Source: Camelus ferus
Taxonomy: Eukaryota
DNA: 64,000 nt
NCBI RefSeq assembly: GCF_009834535.1
Contig: NC_045696.1
Location: 101,248,001 to 101,312,000, forward strand
Direction: 5' to 3'
Part shown: positions 1-13,345 of the stretch, piece after piece
How the letters are laid out: each line of letters opens with the position of its first letter
How positions within the stretch are numbered: position 1 is the stretch's first letter
Notes under the pieces: model-generated
The model's input: the letters and a program-made list of their open reading frames with translations, nothing else
What the model was told of the DNA's origin: nothing
The model's database searches: none
Position numbers and translations under genes: made by a program

Positions 1-439
1 ACTGATGACTCAATGTACTGCTTTAGGTTAAGTCTCACACACATTGCCCATTCTATAGACCCAGCTGCCTAAGGGGCCTAGATATAAAATTTTACTAAAA
101 CTCAACAAGAATTATGCTGAACTCATTGTATTTCCCCAAACTCAAGAGCATCTACCTTATCTTGGCGTATCACCATTCTTTTCAGAACCTAAGTTAGACA
201 TAGAACTATCCTTGTTTTGTGAGTAGTTCAAAGTGATTCTTCTCCATTTTTTAAGAAATGTACGTAACTCCTGTCTTGCAGAAGAGCCTTCTCTTTCCAC
301 ATGTCAACCATGGGGTTCCAATTACAGGCCCCTGTTCTCTCTATGAAAGCTAGGGGTGGAGTGGGGAGGTATAAGGTTAGTGCTACTTAGGTGGCAGCCA
401 ACTGAGGTGGTACCTCAGGGCGGTGTATAGTATCCTATT

Positions 440-1150
440 ACTTTCTACAACTTTATCAGTAATTTATAGGAAAATAAGGAAATGAGGTTATCATTTAGTT
501 ACTAGGTGGCACATAAACTAAGAGGGAGAGTCCATTGAGTAAATGACAGGAGATACTGACCATGACAAGAGTCAGGATTCAGACCAAAAAAATGATACAT
601 AATCTGAAAAAATGTAATTTCAAGATGCAGATTTAAAGGATCTATTGAATAAATATAGGACAAATGATCTAGCTTAACAAATAAATCTGGAATGTTACTT
701 GTTCACTTCTCAAAATGCTAATATATACATATTCATATGTAGAACGTTCATACCAAGAGTGATAGTGGTCCCATTAAGTTATGAATTAATCAGTTCCCTC
801 TGGAAGATCACATTCAAGTGTAGCATTGTCCTTTCAAAGAATGCCTTACAAATAAATGGAATCCAAAAGAAGACAATCTAAATGCTCAGAGATTTAGAAA
901 GTGGCTATCAAAGAGACTGGTCAAGATAATCAGGCATGCTTATTCTGGAACTTAAAGATAATATAGGGAAGGCCTGTCAGATTTTTTTGTTTTTAGTATT
1001 TTTTAAGAATAACTGCATCTACCTACAGGGCAAGAACAGGGGTGACTACAATAGAATGGACCGTTTTTCCTCATTGTCAGGCAGATAATTTTAATATTTA
1101 AACTTGTGTGAATATGAAATGGGCTGCTTAACAGTAAGTCTGAGGCTGAT
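440..1150 (+). mobile_element. Ancient CR1/L3-type LINE 3' remnant
   Basis: Highly degenerate resemblance to the CR1/L3 ORF2 3' region (e.g. gtgatagtggtcccatt...ctggaagatcacattcaagt...atccaaaagaagacaatc); recalled consensus, fuzzy boundaries. Confidence 0.45.
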
Positions 1151-2254
1151 CACTGCATGTCTAAGTGCTATGGATTTGGTTCTTCATGTGGTCTTTATTT
1201 CTAAGCTCTCTATCATTTCTTCGGGTTTTCTAAAGTATGAGCAAGAGCCATTGTAATCATCCCCATCAGTCCACTTCTCGTTGATGCATAGCTAGAACGC
1301 CATTATTCTGAGAGTGTAATTAGCTCAACTATTCTGGTAGCTTCACTTTCCCTTGGAAATGTTTCCTTGTGGGTGGGAGCATTTATAGATGACAGAGTGA
1401 AGTTATCTGTGTTTGTGCTTAACAGAGGTGATCTCGATATCTACAAAATCGTCACTGAACTGCATACAGGCGTCAAAGGGCTACAGATAAAGTACTAATC
1501 CCCAGCTACTTGCCTCCTCCTTCCTTTCTCAGTGGACAGGGTTCCAAGGACAAAGTGAAGCTCTGCTTCTAAATATATTTTCACTCATCTATTCAACAAG
1601 CATGCTAATATCTGCCAGGCACAGCCAAAATATAAAAAGCAGCACATTCTGTACCACATTTCCTTGGTCTTTAGAGTAAGGGCGTATTTTTAAATTTTGG
1701 GGTCTTTTACTTTTCAGTTTGCACGTTCTTTAAGGGTTCTTCATGTGATGCAAAATGTCACCAGTGTTGATAAGGCCAGCTACTGCTTGCAAAATTCCTT
1801 CTTCCTTTGTGCTAAAGAACAACAGCATAGAAGGTTATCTCATCTAAACCATTTAATGGATAGTAAGGTTATAAAAGCAATATAATTTTAATAGATTTTA
1901 AATATTTATATGGTACAGAGATTTTTTTTAAAGCTATTCATAGTATCTCTAGCTACATGGCATTTTATAAGTATCTAGAGACTGAATCTATAATTTAAGA
2001 AAACTTAGATTTTGCTTTTTTCATTAATGTTGAACACTACATCAAAAATACATACAAATCCCAAAGATTCTACCATTTAGATTAGATTTTTTCCCTGAAT
2101 TCTAGTCAGATCTTTTAAAACACACATACATACAGCCATAATGTGTTAATTTGGTGTCTCCTATAGAAATTAAACTGTTGTTGGATCTAGTTCTAATTCT
2201 CATACTTGTTTAAATATGTATATTATGGAAATAAATGAAAACCATTAAAATAAA

Positions 2255-2682
2255 AACAGGCAATTCAGAACTTGCTATCACAAGAGAGTCAGTCCATCGC
2301 CTGTGTTTGGCAGAGACTCAAGGCAGGTGGGGGAATGAAAAAAATTTTATAGTGGAAAGAAAAAAGAAAGGAAAGGCTTTCAGTATGCCTGACTGGAGGT
2401 TGTTGGTGGAGGAAGCTGGAGACTGGCTTACCAGAAGCAGTGTCCCTTGCGTGGTAGGTTTGGGGAATATATTTGGCTTTCTCTAGTTGGTCCTGAGTAG
2501 GGAGCAGGAGGCAAAACAGGAAAGCTGGCAGCCATTGACCAAGTCCTGTCCATCTGGGGCTTTTTTATATAGAAGTTGTGGTTTGGCTTCCAAGGCTGGT
2601 TGTTGCAGAGGTTGGGGGCCAGAGAGAAGAAGTATTTTCATATATGGACTGACCATTGTTCATTTAAATATTCAGTCTCTCA
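2255..2682 (-). mobile_element. Old ERVL-type solo LTR (subfamily uncertain, MER73/MER74-like group)
   Basis: Reverse complement starts TGAGAGACTGAAT...caatggtcagtccatatatg and contains ctctgcaacaaccagcc...gaagccaaaccacaac, typical of this LTR group. Confidence 0.55.
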
Positions 2683-2751
2683 GTGTTATATCTAAAATAA
2701 AAGTCTTTTGGTCATTAGGTATCATAAAAAATATATATCTCTATAAAGTAT

Positions 2752-3243
2752 GGTTGGGAGGCAATTCTCCTATGTGTTTCTTGTTCTTCTTGCACATCTA
2801 GCAAAAGCATGGACATCTTTTTTTTCCATATTATTTTTCAAGGATGTTTGTAGAAGGAACAGCCTTAAAAGATATAGATAGTAGCTCCCCTAGAGAAGAG
2901 CACAGGTGTGTTTACAGCCTATGTATCAAAGCTAATGTGAGCCTGCAGGGACGAGTTCGGAGAGGTTTGCTTTATAAAACATTTGTACAGCCTAAGCTTC
3001 AGCCTCCTCAGCTGCAGTGCAAAACCACTGTGTGTATAGCATCCACTGTGCCATTATGGAACCTGGGGGCAAGGGGAACTGAAGCAAACAGGAAGCTTAA
3101 GCTGCTTGCTGTGCCGTAAGAAATAAAGTCCTTTGTCTCTGACCCAAGAGTATCATGTCTTCTACCAACATCCAAGAAATTGATGCAGGATAGCTTGTTA
3201 GCTTAAAAGCAGGGTATAATCTCAAATTCTTCTGCTTTTGACA
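2752..3243 (+). mobile_element. LTR40-like ERVL solo LTR
   Basis: Start gttgggaggcaattctcc...ttttcaaggatgtttgtagaaggaacagcc...gatatagatagt matches the recalled LTR40 5' end; AATAAA at ~3122; ends ...tttgaca. Confidence 0.7.
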
Positions 3244-3887
3244 ACTACTAGGTATTAATACCCAAATAATCAAGTATATAAGTGAATGCTGTCTATTCCT
3301 CCCTCTGATTTAGAAATATAACCATGATTACAAGAATAATGAACAAAAATGCAAAAAGCACCTTGCAAAAAACTCATATAAATTATTTCAGACGGTCTTT
3401 GGTAAATGGAAAGCAATTTAGTGCCTAAGAACAGGTGGGGCTAATGAAATAAGGCTTCATATTTTGTTTGTCAAGATATATGTGCACTACTGTTCCCCAG
3501 GTGGTTCATATTAAAATAAGGCCAATCACCAAAACTGTGCAAGAATGAAAAAGATTACAGAAAATGCTCAGATTTAATTTATGTTTAATACTTAATATTC
3601 CATTTTTCTCCAAATCTCATAAAAATTGCAGCAAAGATACCAAACATCTCTACTTCATGATAAAGTATCAGTGCACCTGGCATATCTAAATTGTTTACTT
3701 ACAAGCTGCCAACATTTTCATCTCAATGAATATAGATCTAGGTAGAAAAAATTCATATGCCTAAAATACATTTAAATAATCACCTATGGATTGGAAAAAT
3801 AGATGACATTTTAAAAAATGTGCTTAATCAAGTAAGAGAGCGTTTAAGTCTCTGCAATACGGCTGGAGCACATACCACTACACAGCA

Positions 3888-4115
3888 TTTTTTAATACCT
3901 TTATTGTGGTATGGTTCCTGTACAGTAAACTGCACATATTTCAGATGTACAGTTTGATGAATTTTGATAGATGTAGACACCCATGAAACCACCACCACAA
4001 TCACAATAGTTAACACTTCCATCACTCCCCAAGAGGCGCAATTCTCGAATTCTCAATTTATCCCTTCCCAACTGCCTCAGCCCCCAGTAACCATGAGACT
4101 GTTCTCTATGTCTGT
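3888..4115 (-). mobile_element. L1 (L1MB/L1ME-type) 3' end fragment
   Basis: tttattgtggtat...aaactgcacatatttcagatgtacagtttgatgaattttga...catgaaaccaccaccacaatc is the typical reversed 3' UTR of old L1. Confidence 0.75.
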
Positions 4116-6692
4116 GTGCAGTAATGGATCCTTCTGTCAAGTTATTATTAACAGGGTGTTTGTTAATCTAATGTTTTGTTGTCTGATAATTTTTAAATCA
4201 CTTCTAAATTATCCCATAAGAACATTTGAGATTGTGTACATAGACTCTGTATTTTTGAAAGAATGACCTAAAGCTTGGATTAGAATATTCAGTTTCAGAT
4301 TTTGCCATGTGCTGATAAGCCACAGAGGCAAAGACTTCTAAATCTGCCGGAGCACTGCATTTTCTTTTTGAGAAGTGAAGCCAGTACACTTTAAACTTCA
4401 AGGCAAACTACTTTTTAAAGTGAAAAACTAAACATATGATGAATTGATAGGTTACCTTGGAAGTGGCCATCATATACAATTTTTCCTTCTTTAGAGGGTG
4501 AAATATGTTATGTGTGATAAGGATTATAATGTTAATTTTCAGGAACTGGGGACAATTGCAGACAAATATAACCTCCTGAAAGTAAAATAAGCAATACTCA
4601 CATTTGCAAAGGGAAGGTTTATAAATGTACTGGGACCCAAATATCCCCCGAATCTAACCAAGAAGACGTGTCACCCCCAAAACTCTATCATATTCAAATG
4701 CATGAATTAAGAAATGTGCTGCCATAACATTTCTAATATAGTCTAAATGAAATCTAAAATGAGAAATTTAAAAGATGGAGAATTAAATTATTTCCTCTTG
4801 TTCAGTAGAGAATTTTAATGGCTGATCTCAAAAGATCAACTTTATTTCATCGTGAACATTTTTCATATGATTCAGGAAAAGTCACTTATGTTCTATAATT
4901 TGATAAAAATACTTTGAGCACATCCAGCATCTGTTGCCCTGTTCCATGCTTATAATGCCATGTTCAGATTTGTAATTTAGTCTCCTGACTGGCAGAAGGA
5001 AGAGTTCTTTGCAGGGGAATAGTCCTAGTTCTTGAGCCAAATGACCTAATGATGTGTCATTTTGGTCCATTACATTGCTATGAACTTATCTCCCACAGAC
5101 TGAAGAACTATAAAAGGACATAGTTATTTTTCTCAACCTGAAATATTAAGAACCAGATCCTGCGCCATGTTGATCCTACACCATACTGGTGGAAGACTCT
5201 AGCTGAATCAGCTCATCTGCTCCTCTTTATTGGCATAAAGAGCTATCAGAAGAAGTTTGGTATAAAACAAAGGTACTTAATTTGAAACTCAAAAGAGGAA
5301 GTGGGGATTCTGAAGACAATCCCACATGAAAAGATAACCTCTCTAACTGAGTAGGGGTGACTAAAACCAAAACAAATATCTTTAAAAGAGATCAATGACT
5401 TTTCAAATCTAATTTTAGACCAGTTCTGTCTAGAGGTGAGGCAGTTGATAAAATCAAGTTAAAAAAAAAAAAAAAAGAGTACTTTTGGATGCACATTTAA
5501 AACCCAGGAGTGTCTGATACAGACAGGCTATATTCTGGGAAAACCATGTAAAAATTGGTGAACAGCTCTTGAAGCCTTGTTCAACTCCAGACAAAGGCTG
5601 GATAAAAGATTCTGCCACATGGCTGAGCAACAGGGCTGTCCAATCACTACCACGTGCACAGAAACCTAGTAAGATGGCAGATTCCCCATTACTTTGCCAA
5701 ACCACATGGTTACCTTTAGGTGGGACCTTAAGTCCCGATCCTTTTGATGGCATGCAAACTTACATTTTAGTTCTGTTTTATTTTACAGTCCTTTAAGCTA
5801 AGACATCAAGTCATTTTAAAAAATACTTGCTCTTTGCAACAAAGTTTCTCTTATGGCTAAGTCTTTGTGTCTGGAGGTAGCAGGTTACTCTGTGAGTGTT
5901 TATGTCACCCTAACAGGCAGTTAGGAAGAGAAATTTCTCTCATCAGTGGTTCTTAGTTGACCAATTAAGGGGTGGGACATAGAACCCTGATATATTACCA
6001 CAGGGGAACAGGTACTGAAAGGTAGATCCAGTATCTGTCTAATAGTCAGTTAGGTACAGCATAGTCTAGAGTATGGTACTAGGTAGAGATTCAAGCAAGC
6101 TTTGGTCATTCTCAGAGAACGCCAGCAAGGGTTATATGAGGTTTCCATTAGATAATGTGAAACAAATCAGAGTAGAATTTGGAAGAAGGAAGTATCAGGC
6201 AGGTGGGAAATGGTTATCATTAAATAACAAAATCTACTCCAATTTACTATTAAGTAAATGGGACTGGAGCCCAATTTACAGAACTCCAGCATTCTAAAGG
6301 ATTGGCAATAGTCACATAGAATCCCCAACCTAAAAGAAACAAGATTCTAAGTAGATTCAAGGCTCATGCTCACGTGTTGTTTACAAATCCAGCTATGAAT
6401 TTTGACTTCTGTTCCTACTATGCTCAGAGGAACCAAACAAAACACGGCCATATCTGGACATTTATCTGCTGCTCCATAACTCATTGCTTCATTTTTCTTA
6501 TTTGTTTTCCACATTGACTGTCTTTCAGCCTCTGATTTTCAAACCAAAGTATGGCTTCTCTTGTCCATAAGAGTTCTTGGATTTGTGAACTGAAGGTTGA
6601 TTTCCTTGTTATTTTTGCTTCTCAGTTGATCATATTGAATTTGGCAGCCTGTTCTTTATGTATGTTTCCTGATTCACACTCTGGATCCACTA

Positions 6693-6782
6693 TTTTTTTT
6701 AACATTTTTTATTGATTTATAATCATTTTACAATGTTGTGTCAAATTTCAGTGTACAGCACAATTTTTCAGCTATACATAAA
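6693..6782 (-). mobile_element. Young, heavily 5'-truncated L1 (camelid-type 3' end) with TSD
   Basis: Poly-T, then aacattttttattgatttataatcattttacaatgttgtgtcaaatttcagtgtacagcac; flanked by direct repeats ctggatccacta (6681-6692) and ctggatccatta (6783-6794). Confidence 0.8.
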
Positions 6783-7899
6783 CTGGATCCATTAGTTTTA
6801 TCTCATGGTATCTAATCTTGGGACCCAACACAACACTAGGGCTCCTTAGGGGAACCTTACTTGCTCTGCTAGAGTATAAATAATCAGGATTTACCTCCAC
6901 TCAGCTTCTGCCCATTAACAAACAAGATCTTACATAGTGAATAAGAGAGACCACGCTGCTAGACACGGCATATAAGCTTAAATATAAATGAGTTATTTAC
7001 CATGGCATATAACCAAATTCCATTGACTCATGATCTCCACCTGCTTAACTTCAGGATTCTTAATCCCTTGTATTGTCTGGCCTCTGTATGTATGTATATC
7101 TGGGAGGCTCTGGAAGGATGACTAGCAGATACTCAATACTCAATGTTTCCACACTCAGGCATCAGGAACTGAAGTTCCTCCCAAACAGTCCCCTGAGCAG
7201 GTCTCTGCCAGGAGCCATCTCACCTGGGCTGAGCATGGGGGCATGTCCACTGCACTGAACTGCCCTGCTATGGGGGTGGTCACCTGCTTTGCTTGGTTGT
7301 CCTATTTTTATGGTGGGTGACACAGCTATTCCACATCAACTTCCAGGCATTCAAGTCAGCATCTGGGAGGCAAAAGATGCAACTGCAGTTTTTGACAAAA
7401 CTGAGATAGTGCATTTCTCCCACTGGGTTACAATGTTGTTAACAGATCCCAGTGCAGGAGTTCCTGTGTTCCAAGATGTAGCAGTACAATACTTTGCTTT
7501 GTTCTGTTTTTGTGGGTTTTTTTAAAATTTTTCCTCCCAGCCTATTCTTTTCCTAGGACTTAAAGGTCTGGCCTGAGGACAAATTCAGTTTATAGACACT
7601 GGAATGAATCCAGGCTGCCTGGCCCCTCAGGACAAGAAGAATTAGTTACAAAAACTCAGTGTGCTGACTCCATCGCATAAAATGTGCTCAGCCATGCAGT
7701 CCCACACATTTGCTACCCATGCCCCATCTCTGAACTGGTGGCTTGAGGAAGTAGGTGCCTAAATCTTGGAATTTGCTTTACCTTGTGTTAACCAAGGAAG
7801 GCTGACTTGTTGGTAGGCTGCTGCTAAGAGAGTTAACAGACAGACATTTCCTAAGTATAACACACTACAGAGGTCCCAGGCCTACCTATGGGCCAGAAC

Positions 7900-8040
7900 C
7901 ACAATTTTACAGTTAAAGGTGAGGCTCAGGGAGTTTGCACAACTGGTCCAAAGTCAAACACCAAGTAAATCATGGTTGGAGATGGGATTGAAACTGAGAT
8001 TTATTCAAGTCCAAAGTCCATGCTCTTTCTGCAGTGCTAC
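7900..8040 (-). mobile_element. MIR SINE
   Basis: Reversed MIR core: attttacag...gaggctcagggag...ccaaagtc...gggattgaaact...ccaaagtccatgctctt. Confidence 0.7.
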
Positions 8041-8659
8041 CCTGCATCCCTGTAATCTATTTTTTTTTTCCTACTAAGGAATTAATTTACTTCAGATCAA
8101 AGAAAAATTTAGAAGCAGCCTCAAATTTGACCTGTGAGAATTTTTCTCCATGTTGTGAATTGCATCATTTGAAATGTTTCCTGGGGGATATAATAACTGA
8201 ATATCATCAGGACATGTACATGTCATATATTATATATTTATGAATGTGAATTATGAAAATAAAACATTGACCACAAAAATATACACATGATTTCTATGAT
8301 GATGGCAAAAATGACTTCTGGATTGCCAGAAAGTTGTTAAGAATATAAAATTGCATACATAATACAGTTTGATCTTGTACTGCTGATTAAGTTAATTCCT
8401 TCTGATGGGCTGAGAGAAAATGTAAGCAGACAGACAGCTTTGTGACAGAGAGCACATCATAAGAGTTTAACTGAATTTTTCACCTGATTTGAGCTGCATA
8501 AATTACCTGATCACTCAGTTTTCCCTTTGAAACTCTCCCAGTGGGGATTCCACAAACTCCCAATTAACCCTAACAAGAGAGCCAAGCTACTTAAACTGCT
8601 TGGGTAATGCACGCCTGGAATATGTTCACTGTTTTGTTACATTAGTGCTTGGGGCCCAG

Positions 8660-9136
8660 ACTGCTACTCAATACCCATTCTCCCTTCATCCTTACTAACA
8701 AAACCCAAGTATGATGCTGGATAACAATTTTCATAACTAAATAACTGCATTTCCCACTTGTCTATGTAGCTGGAGATGACTATGGAGAAAAAGGTAGAAG
8801 TCAGCACGTGGCACTGGGGGAAGCTCTTTTTAGAAGCACACAGAGCTGGCATATACCCCTTCCTTTATTCCTGCTGCTTCTCTGAAATGCAGATATGATG
8901 AAGAGAGTTTATTCCATCAGACATTTTGGACCTAGAGACGATCCTAAAGACAGAAGACTCATGCAAAGAGTGAAACAGAAAAAAGGGGGGAAAAAAATGC
9001 AGGTTCTTGATTGAATCACCACATAGCAGTCAAAAGAGCTCTGGAGTACATATTCTAGTCTTCCTGTAGGAGAGAGACAAAAACCTCTCCCCTCTTGAAG
9101 CTCCTGTCACTTCTGTTTGCAGTCTAAACTGGTACA
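8660..9136 (+). mobile_element. MaLR LTR (MLT1J/K-like)
   Basis: cccattctcccttcatccttactaacaaaaccc...ctgcatttccc...gaaatgcagatatgatg...ctggtaca resembles old MLT1 LTRs. Confidence 0.55.
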
Positions 9137-9354
9137 CTGTTCATTCTGTCTAGGACCATTGGTGTTCAATGAAAAAAGGTTATCTAAACAATGTCTATAA
9201 TGATATGCCTAGGAAGTTGATTTCCTCCTCCTTAAGCGCTCACCTTTTGTCTCTTTTGTCACAATTCCTTATAACTTGAAGGTTGTGTTATTATTTCCCA
9301 AATGAGGGTACACTGCTTGAATAGGGAAAATTGAGTTTGAAATGATATTAGCAG

Positions 9355-9580
9355 TCAGCAAGGTATAATGGAAAGAGCTTGGGTTTTAGAAGCAGTGAGT
9401 CCTGAATTCATATTCCAACTCTAACAATTATCAGCTGTGTGCCTGCCTCCTGTACAAATTATTTGGGATTTTTTAGGGGTAAACTGGGAATAATAAGAGC
9501 CACTTCATAGTATGGTGTTGAACATAATACTATCAAGTATCATGATACGCAGTAATAGCACATATTATTTTTATTATTTA
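9355..9580 (+). mobile_element. MIR SINE
   Basis: gtataatggaaagagc...cctgaattc...cagctgtgtg...gtaaactgggaataataa. Confidence 0.6.
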
Positions 9581-10975
9581 ATTCCTATAACAAATCCTAT
9601 CCAAACCTTAGGAAGAGATTGTTATGGTCTCAATAAAGTTCTCTCACATTATTATTAATCTGACTGAATTATTATTTCTACCAATCCTGAGCACTTATTA
9701 CTGTTTATATTTTATGTGTGCTTGGTTTTCTCCATAGACTCTAAGCTCTTTGTATCTCAAATCACTACCAGAGGCTGTTCTAAATAGTGACCTGTCAAGA
9801 AATATTTACAGTTGCTACTCTAACTGTATCTCTTCTCACAAATAGTAAAAACATATCAGGTGGGTGGAAAGCCTGATTGTTTTCATCAGAATTCAGTTAT
9901 TTCTTTGCCACTGAAGCTCTGTGCATTAAAAGCCCTGAACCAGCAGCATAAGTACTAAGAAAGGCCATTTTGGCAACTTATATTATGTGAATAGGCCTTA
10001 ATTATTGTATTTATATTATACTTTATTCCAATTCTAATCCAATTTATCTACACCTTCTGGATTAATTTTTTAAAACAATTTAGCAGATGTACAGAGGCTG
10101 CTTCTGTGCACACTCTGCTAGACACTGAATCCTTTATCACCAGTGTCATTGCTTCTTTAATGGGTATTTTAAGACTGTTTTTGATATCATATTAGAAAAT
10201 GGACAAATCCAATTTTATATTGGTTGTGGGTGTCACATTAAATTCGAGCTGAATTGTTAGCTACTAAACCAACTAAAAACTTTCCCTGAACTTCTTATTT
10301 AATAATATGTGAAAATAACCCAGTAGGCTTTCTACTTAGTGGAAATATCATTAGGTAATTAATTATATATATGTAAATATTACTACACATGAATTATCAA
10401 CATTAGGTACTTTTAAAATGACATTCAAATCGATCTGTCTTTGAAGTCAGAGATTACTCAAAAAGATTGTTAATGGTAGTCAGTACCATTAAAATCTGAT
10501 TATAAAACAAGTGTCAAATATAGAAAATTATTATATATAGGCAATGGTGGATAAGCATAAGCTATTGCAAAACTAAATACCAAAGCTAAACAATAATGTA
10601 CTTATGCTCTTTATCAAGGTATAGTTCCAAAGTCCACTGATCAGGTGATAAATTCATGTTATACCTCATAGTTAATGTGTCTTCTCACTGACTATAATCA
10701 CATTAAACAAGCAAAAATATGGACAATTATGTAAATAGGAAATAAATTTAGATTCATTATGAAAAAGTGGTAAGACTTCATACAAATAAGGAATGCTTAT
10801 CCATACTTGTATGCATAAAATTCACCATACTTGATTTAACTAATATACATTGGAGTTATTCTATGTTCAAGTATAAATCAGGTCTTGGGGATTTTAATAT
10901 TACTAACATATATTCTCTGCCTCCAGGGTGCTCACAGTCTAATAAGGGCTAATTATGCAATGCAGTAAATTAAAT

Positions 10976-11021
<46 letters not shown>

Positions 11022-11054
11022 TACACACACACACGTATATAAGCACACACACAC
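10976..11054. repeat. (TA)n(CA)n compound microsatellite
   Basis: Directly visible. Confidence 0.95.
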
Positions 11055-11769
11055 ATTTACACACAATATTGTGTGCAAACATATAAAGCCGCTGAACCCA
11101 GCTGCAAACTTAAGGGAAGGCTTTCTAAAGATGGAATACATAAAGAATCAAATTTAGACTGACTCTTTCAACATCACACTGATTTTTCTTTTTGCATTCT
11201 GTTGGCTCTTCAATTTGGTATAATACTGTCCATGAAGGACATAAGCAAGAACGTTCAAGGAAAAAGGGGCAATGTGAGCACAGGCATTCCTCCTGTTTCC
11301 TACCAGACCTGTCCCCAGTAACCATCAACTGAAAGCTAAGGAAAGGACTAATAGAAAACACAAGTAAGGAATTAACATGTGAATTAGAAACAAAGAAAGG
11401 TTTCACACATATGCTACAAAAATTGAAGAGTTTGTTCTAGGTGAAATGCCTCTGGAACTAAGACTCTAAGAAAAGCAGTTTATTCACCTAGAAGTTGTTG
11501 CTATCATATGATTAAGTAGAGGTGCTGGCAAAAAGACCCAGTATCTCCCAACACACTTTGAGAGCAAGCTAATGATAAGGGTGGCTGATGGGAGAAAGAT
11601 GTCCACTACACTACACTTGAAACTTTTTTTTTTTTTTTTTGGCAATCAAGGAAACAAGTGTCCATTGGAAAATCCATTGGCAACTGTGGCCAACTCCAAC
11701 TGAATTTACCGAAAAAATACGTTTTTCATGAACTAATAAATTCTGTGCACTATATAAGATTTCCCTCAT

Positions 11770-13345
11770 TTTAAGACTTCATTGTTTTAAAAAGCAGTGT
11801 TAGGTTCCCAGTAAAATTGAGGGAAGGTAAAGATATTTCCCTATTCTCCTGCCCCCATACATGCACAGCCTACATCCATTATCAACATCCCCCATCAGAA
11901 TAGTAACTGATAAACTGAAAACTGGTAAACCTATAGACACATCATAATCATCCAAAGTCCATAGTTTACATTAAATTTCACTCTTGGCATTGTACAGTCC
12001 GTGGGCTTGGACAAATGTATAATGACATGTATCCATTATTATGGCATCATCCAGAGTATTTTCACTGCCTGAAAAATCCTCTGTGCTTCACCTGTTCATC
12101 CCTTGTGCCCAAACTCCTGGCAACCACCGATGTTTTTACTATCTCCATGGTTTTGCCTTTTCTAGAATGTTAGGTAGTTGAAATCATATAGTATGTAGCC
12201 TTTTCAGATTGGTAACTTTCACTTAGTAATATGCATTAAAGATTCCTCCATGTCATTTTATGGCTTAATAACTCACTTCTTTTCAACACTGAATAATATT
12301 TCATTGTCTAGATGTAACAGTTTATTTATCCATTCAGCTACTGAAGGACATCTTTGGTGCTTTCAGGTTTCAGCAATTATGAATAAAGCTGCTATAAATA
12401 TCCATGTGCATGTTTTTGAGTGGAAATAAGTTTTAAAATTCTTTGGGCAAATATAAAGAAGCACAATTTTTAGACCACATTCTTAACAGTATGTTTAATT
12501 TTGTAAGAAATGGTCAAATTGTCTTCCAAACTGACTGTATCTATTTGTACTCCACCACCAGTGAATGATATTTCCTGTAGCTTCACATCTTCACCAGCAT
12601 TTGGTGTCATCAATGTTTTGAATTTTGGCCATTTTCATAGGTGTGTAGCTGTATCTCATTGTTTTAATGTGCACTTCCCTGATGGCATGTGACGTGGATT
12701 GTCTTTTCATATGTTTGTCATCTGTGTATATTCTTTGGTGAGGTGTCTTTTTAAACGGTTTAATCCATTTTATAATCAAGTTGTTTGCTTTCTGACTCTT
12801 GAGTTTTATAAATACTTTGTATATTTTGGATATTAGTCCTTTGTCAGATGTGTCTTTTGCAAATATCTTTTCCCCATCTGTGGCTTGTCTTCTCACTCAC
12901 TTAACATTGTCCTTCACAGAGCAGAAATTTTCAATTTTAATGGAGTCCAGATTATCAGTTATTTCTTTCATGAATTGTCTTTGGTGCTGTATTTAATAGG
13001 GAACCACCATACCCAAGGTTATACCCTAGGTCATCCAGGTTCTCTTCTATGTTATCTTCTAGAAGTTTATACTTTTGGATTTCTTATTTATTACTGGTTC
13101 ATTTTGAGTAAATTTTTTAAAGAGTATAAGGTATGTACCTTTATTATTTTGCATGTCCAGTTGTTCCAGCACCATATGTTGAAAAGACTATCTTTACTCC
13201 ATTGTATTGCCTTTACTCTTTTGCCAAAGATCAGTTGACAATATTTATTGGGGTCTATTTCTGTATTCTCTACTATGTCACATTGATCTATTTGTTTTTT
13301 CTTTTGCTAGTACCTCACTGTCTTGATTACTGTTGCTTTATACTA
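11770..13345 (-). mobile_element. L1MC1/2-like LINE-1, 3' ~1.6 kb including an ORF2 C-terminal remnant
   Basis: 3' UTR motif gcagtgttaggttcccagtaaaattgagggaagg...ccaaagtccatagtttacatt; minus ORF 12591-12896 (RRQATDGEKIFAKDTSDKGLISKIYK...IKTMRYSYTPMKMAKI...KCW) is recognisable L1 ORF2 C-terminus. Confidence 0.9.

Noticed and set aside
5151..5272. Open segment NQILRHVDPTPYWWKTLAESAHLLLFIGIKSYQKKFGIKQ, phase-compatible with 14443-14564 (FGRRETERDG...)
   Set aside because: Poor acceptor (aaatattaag), weak donors and no recognisable homolog; the apparent RFGRR neuropeptide motif arises only from my chosen junction.
5860..6900. Possible ancient Gypsy-like LTR remnants
   Set aside because: Resemblance too vague to assign termini or family without a profile search.
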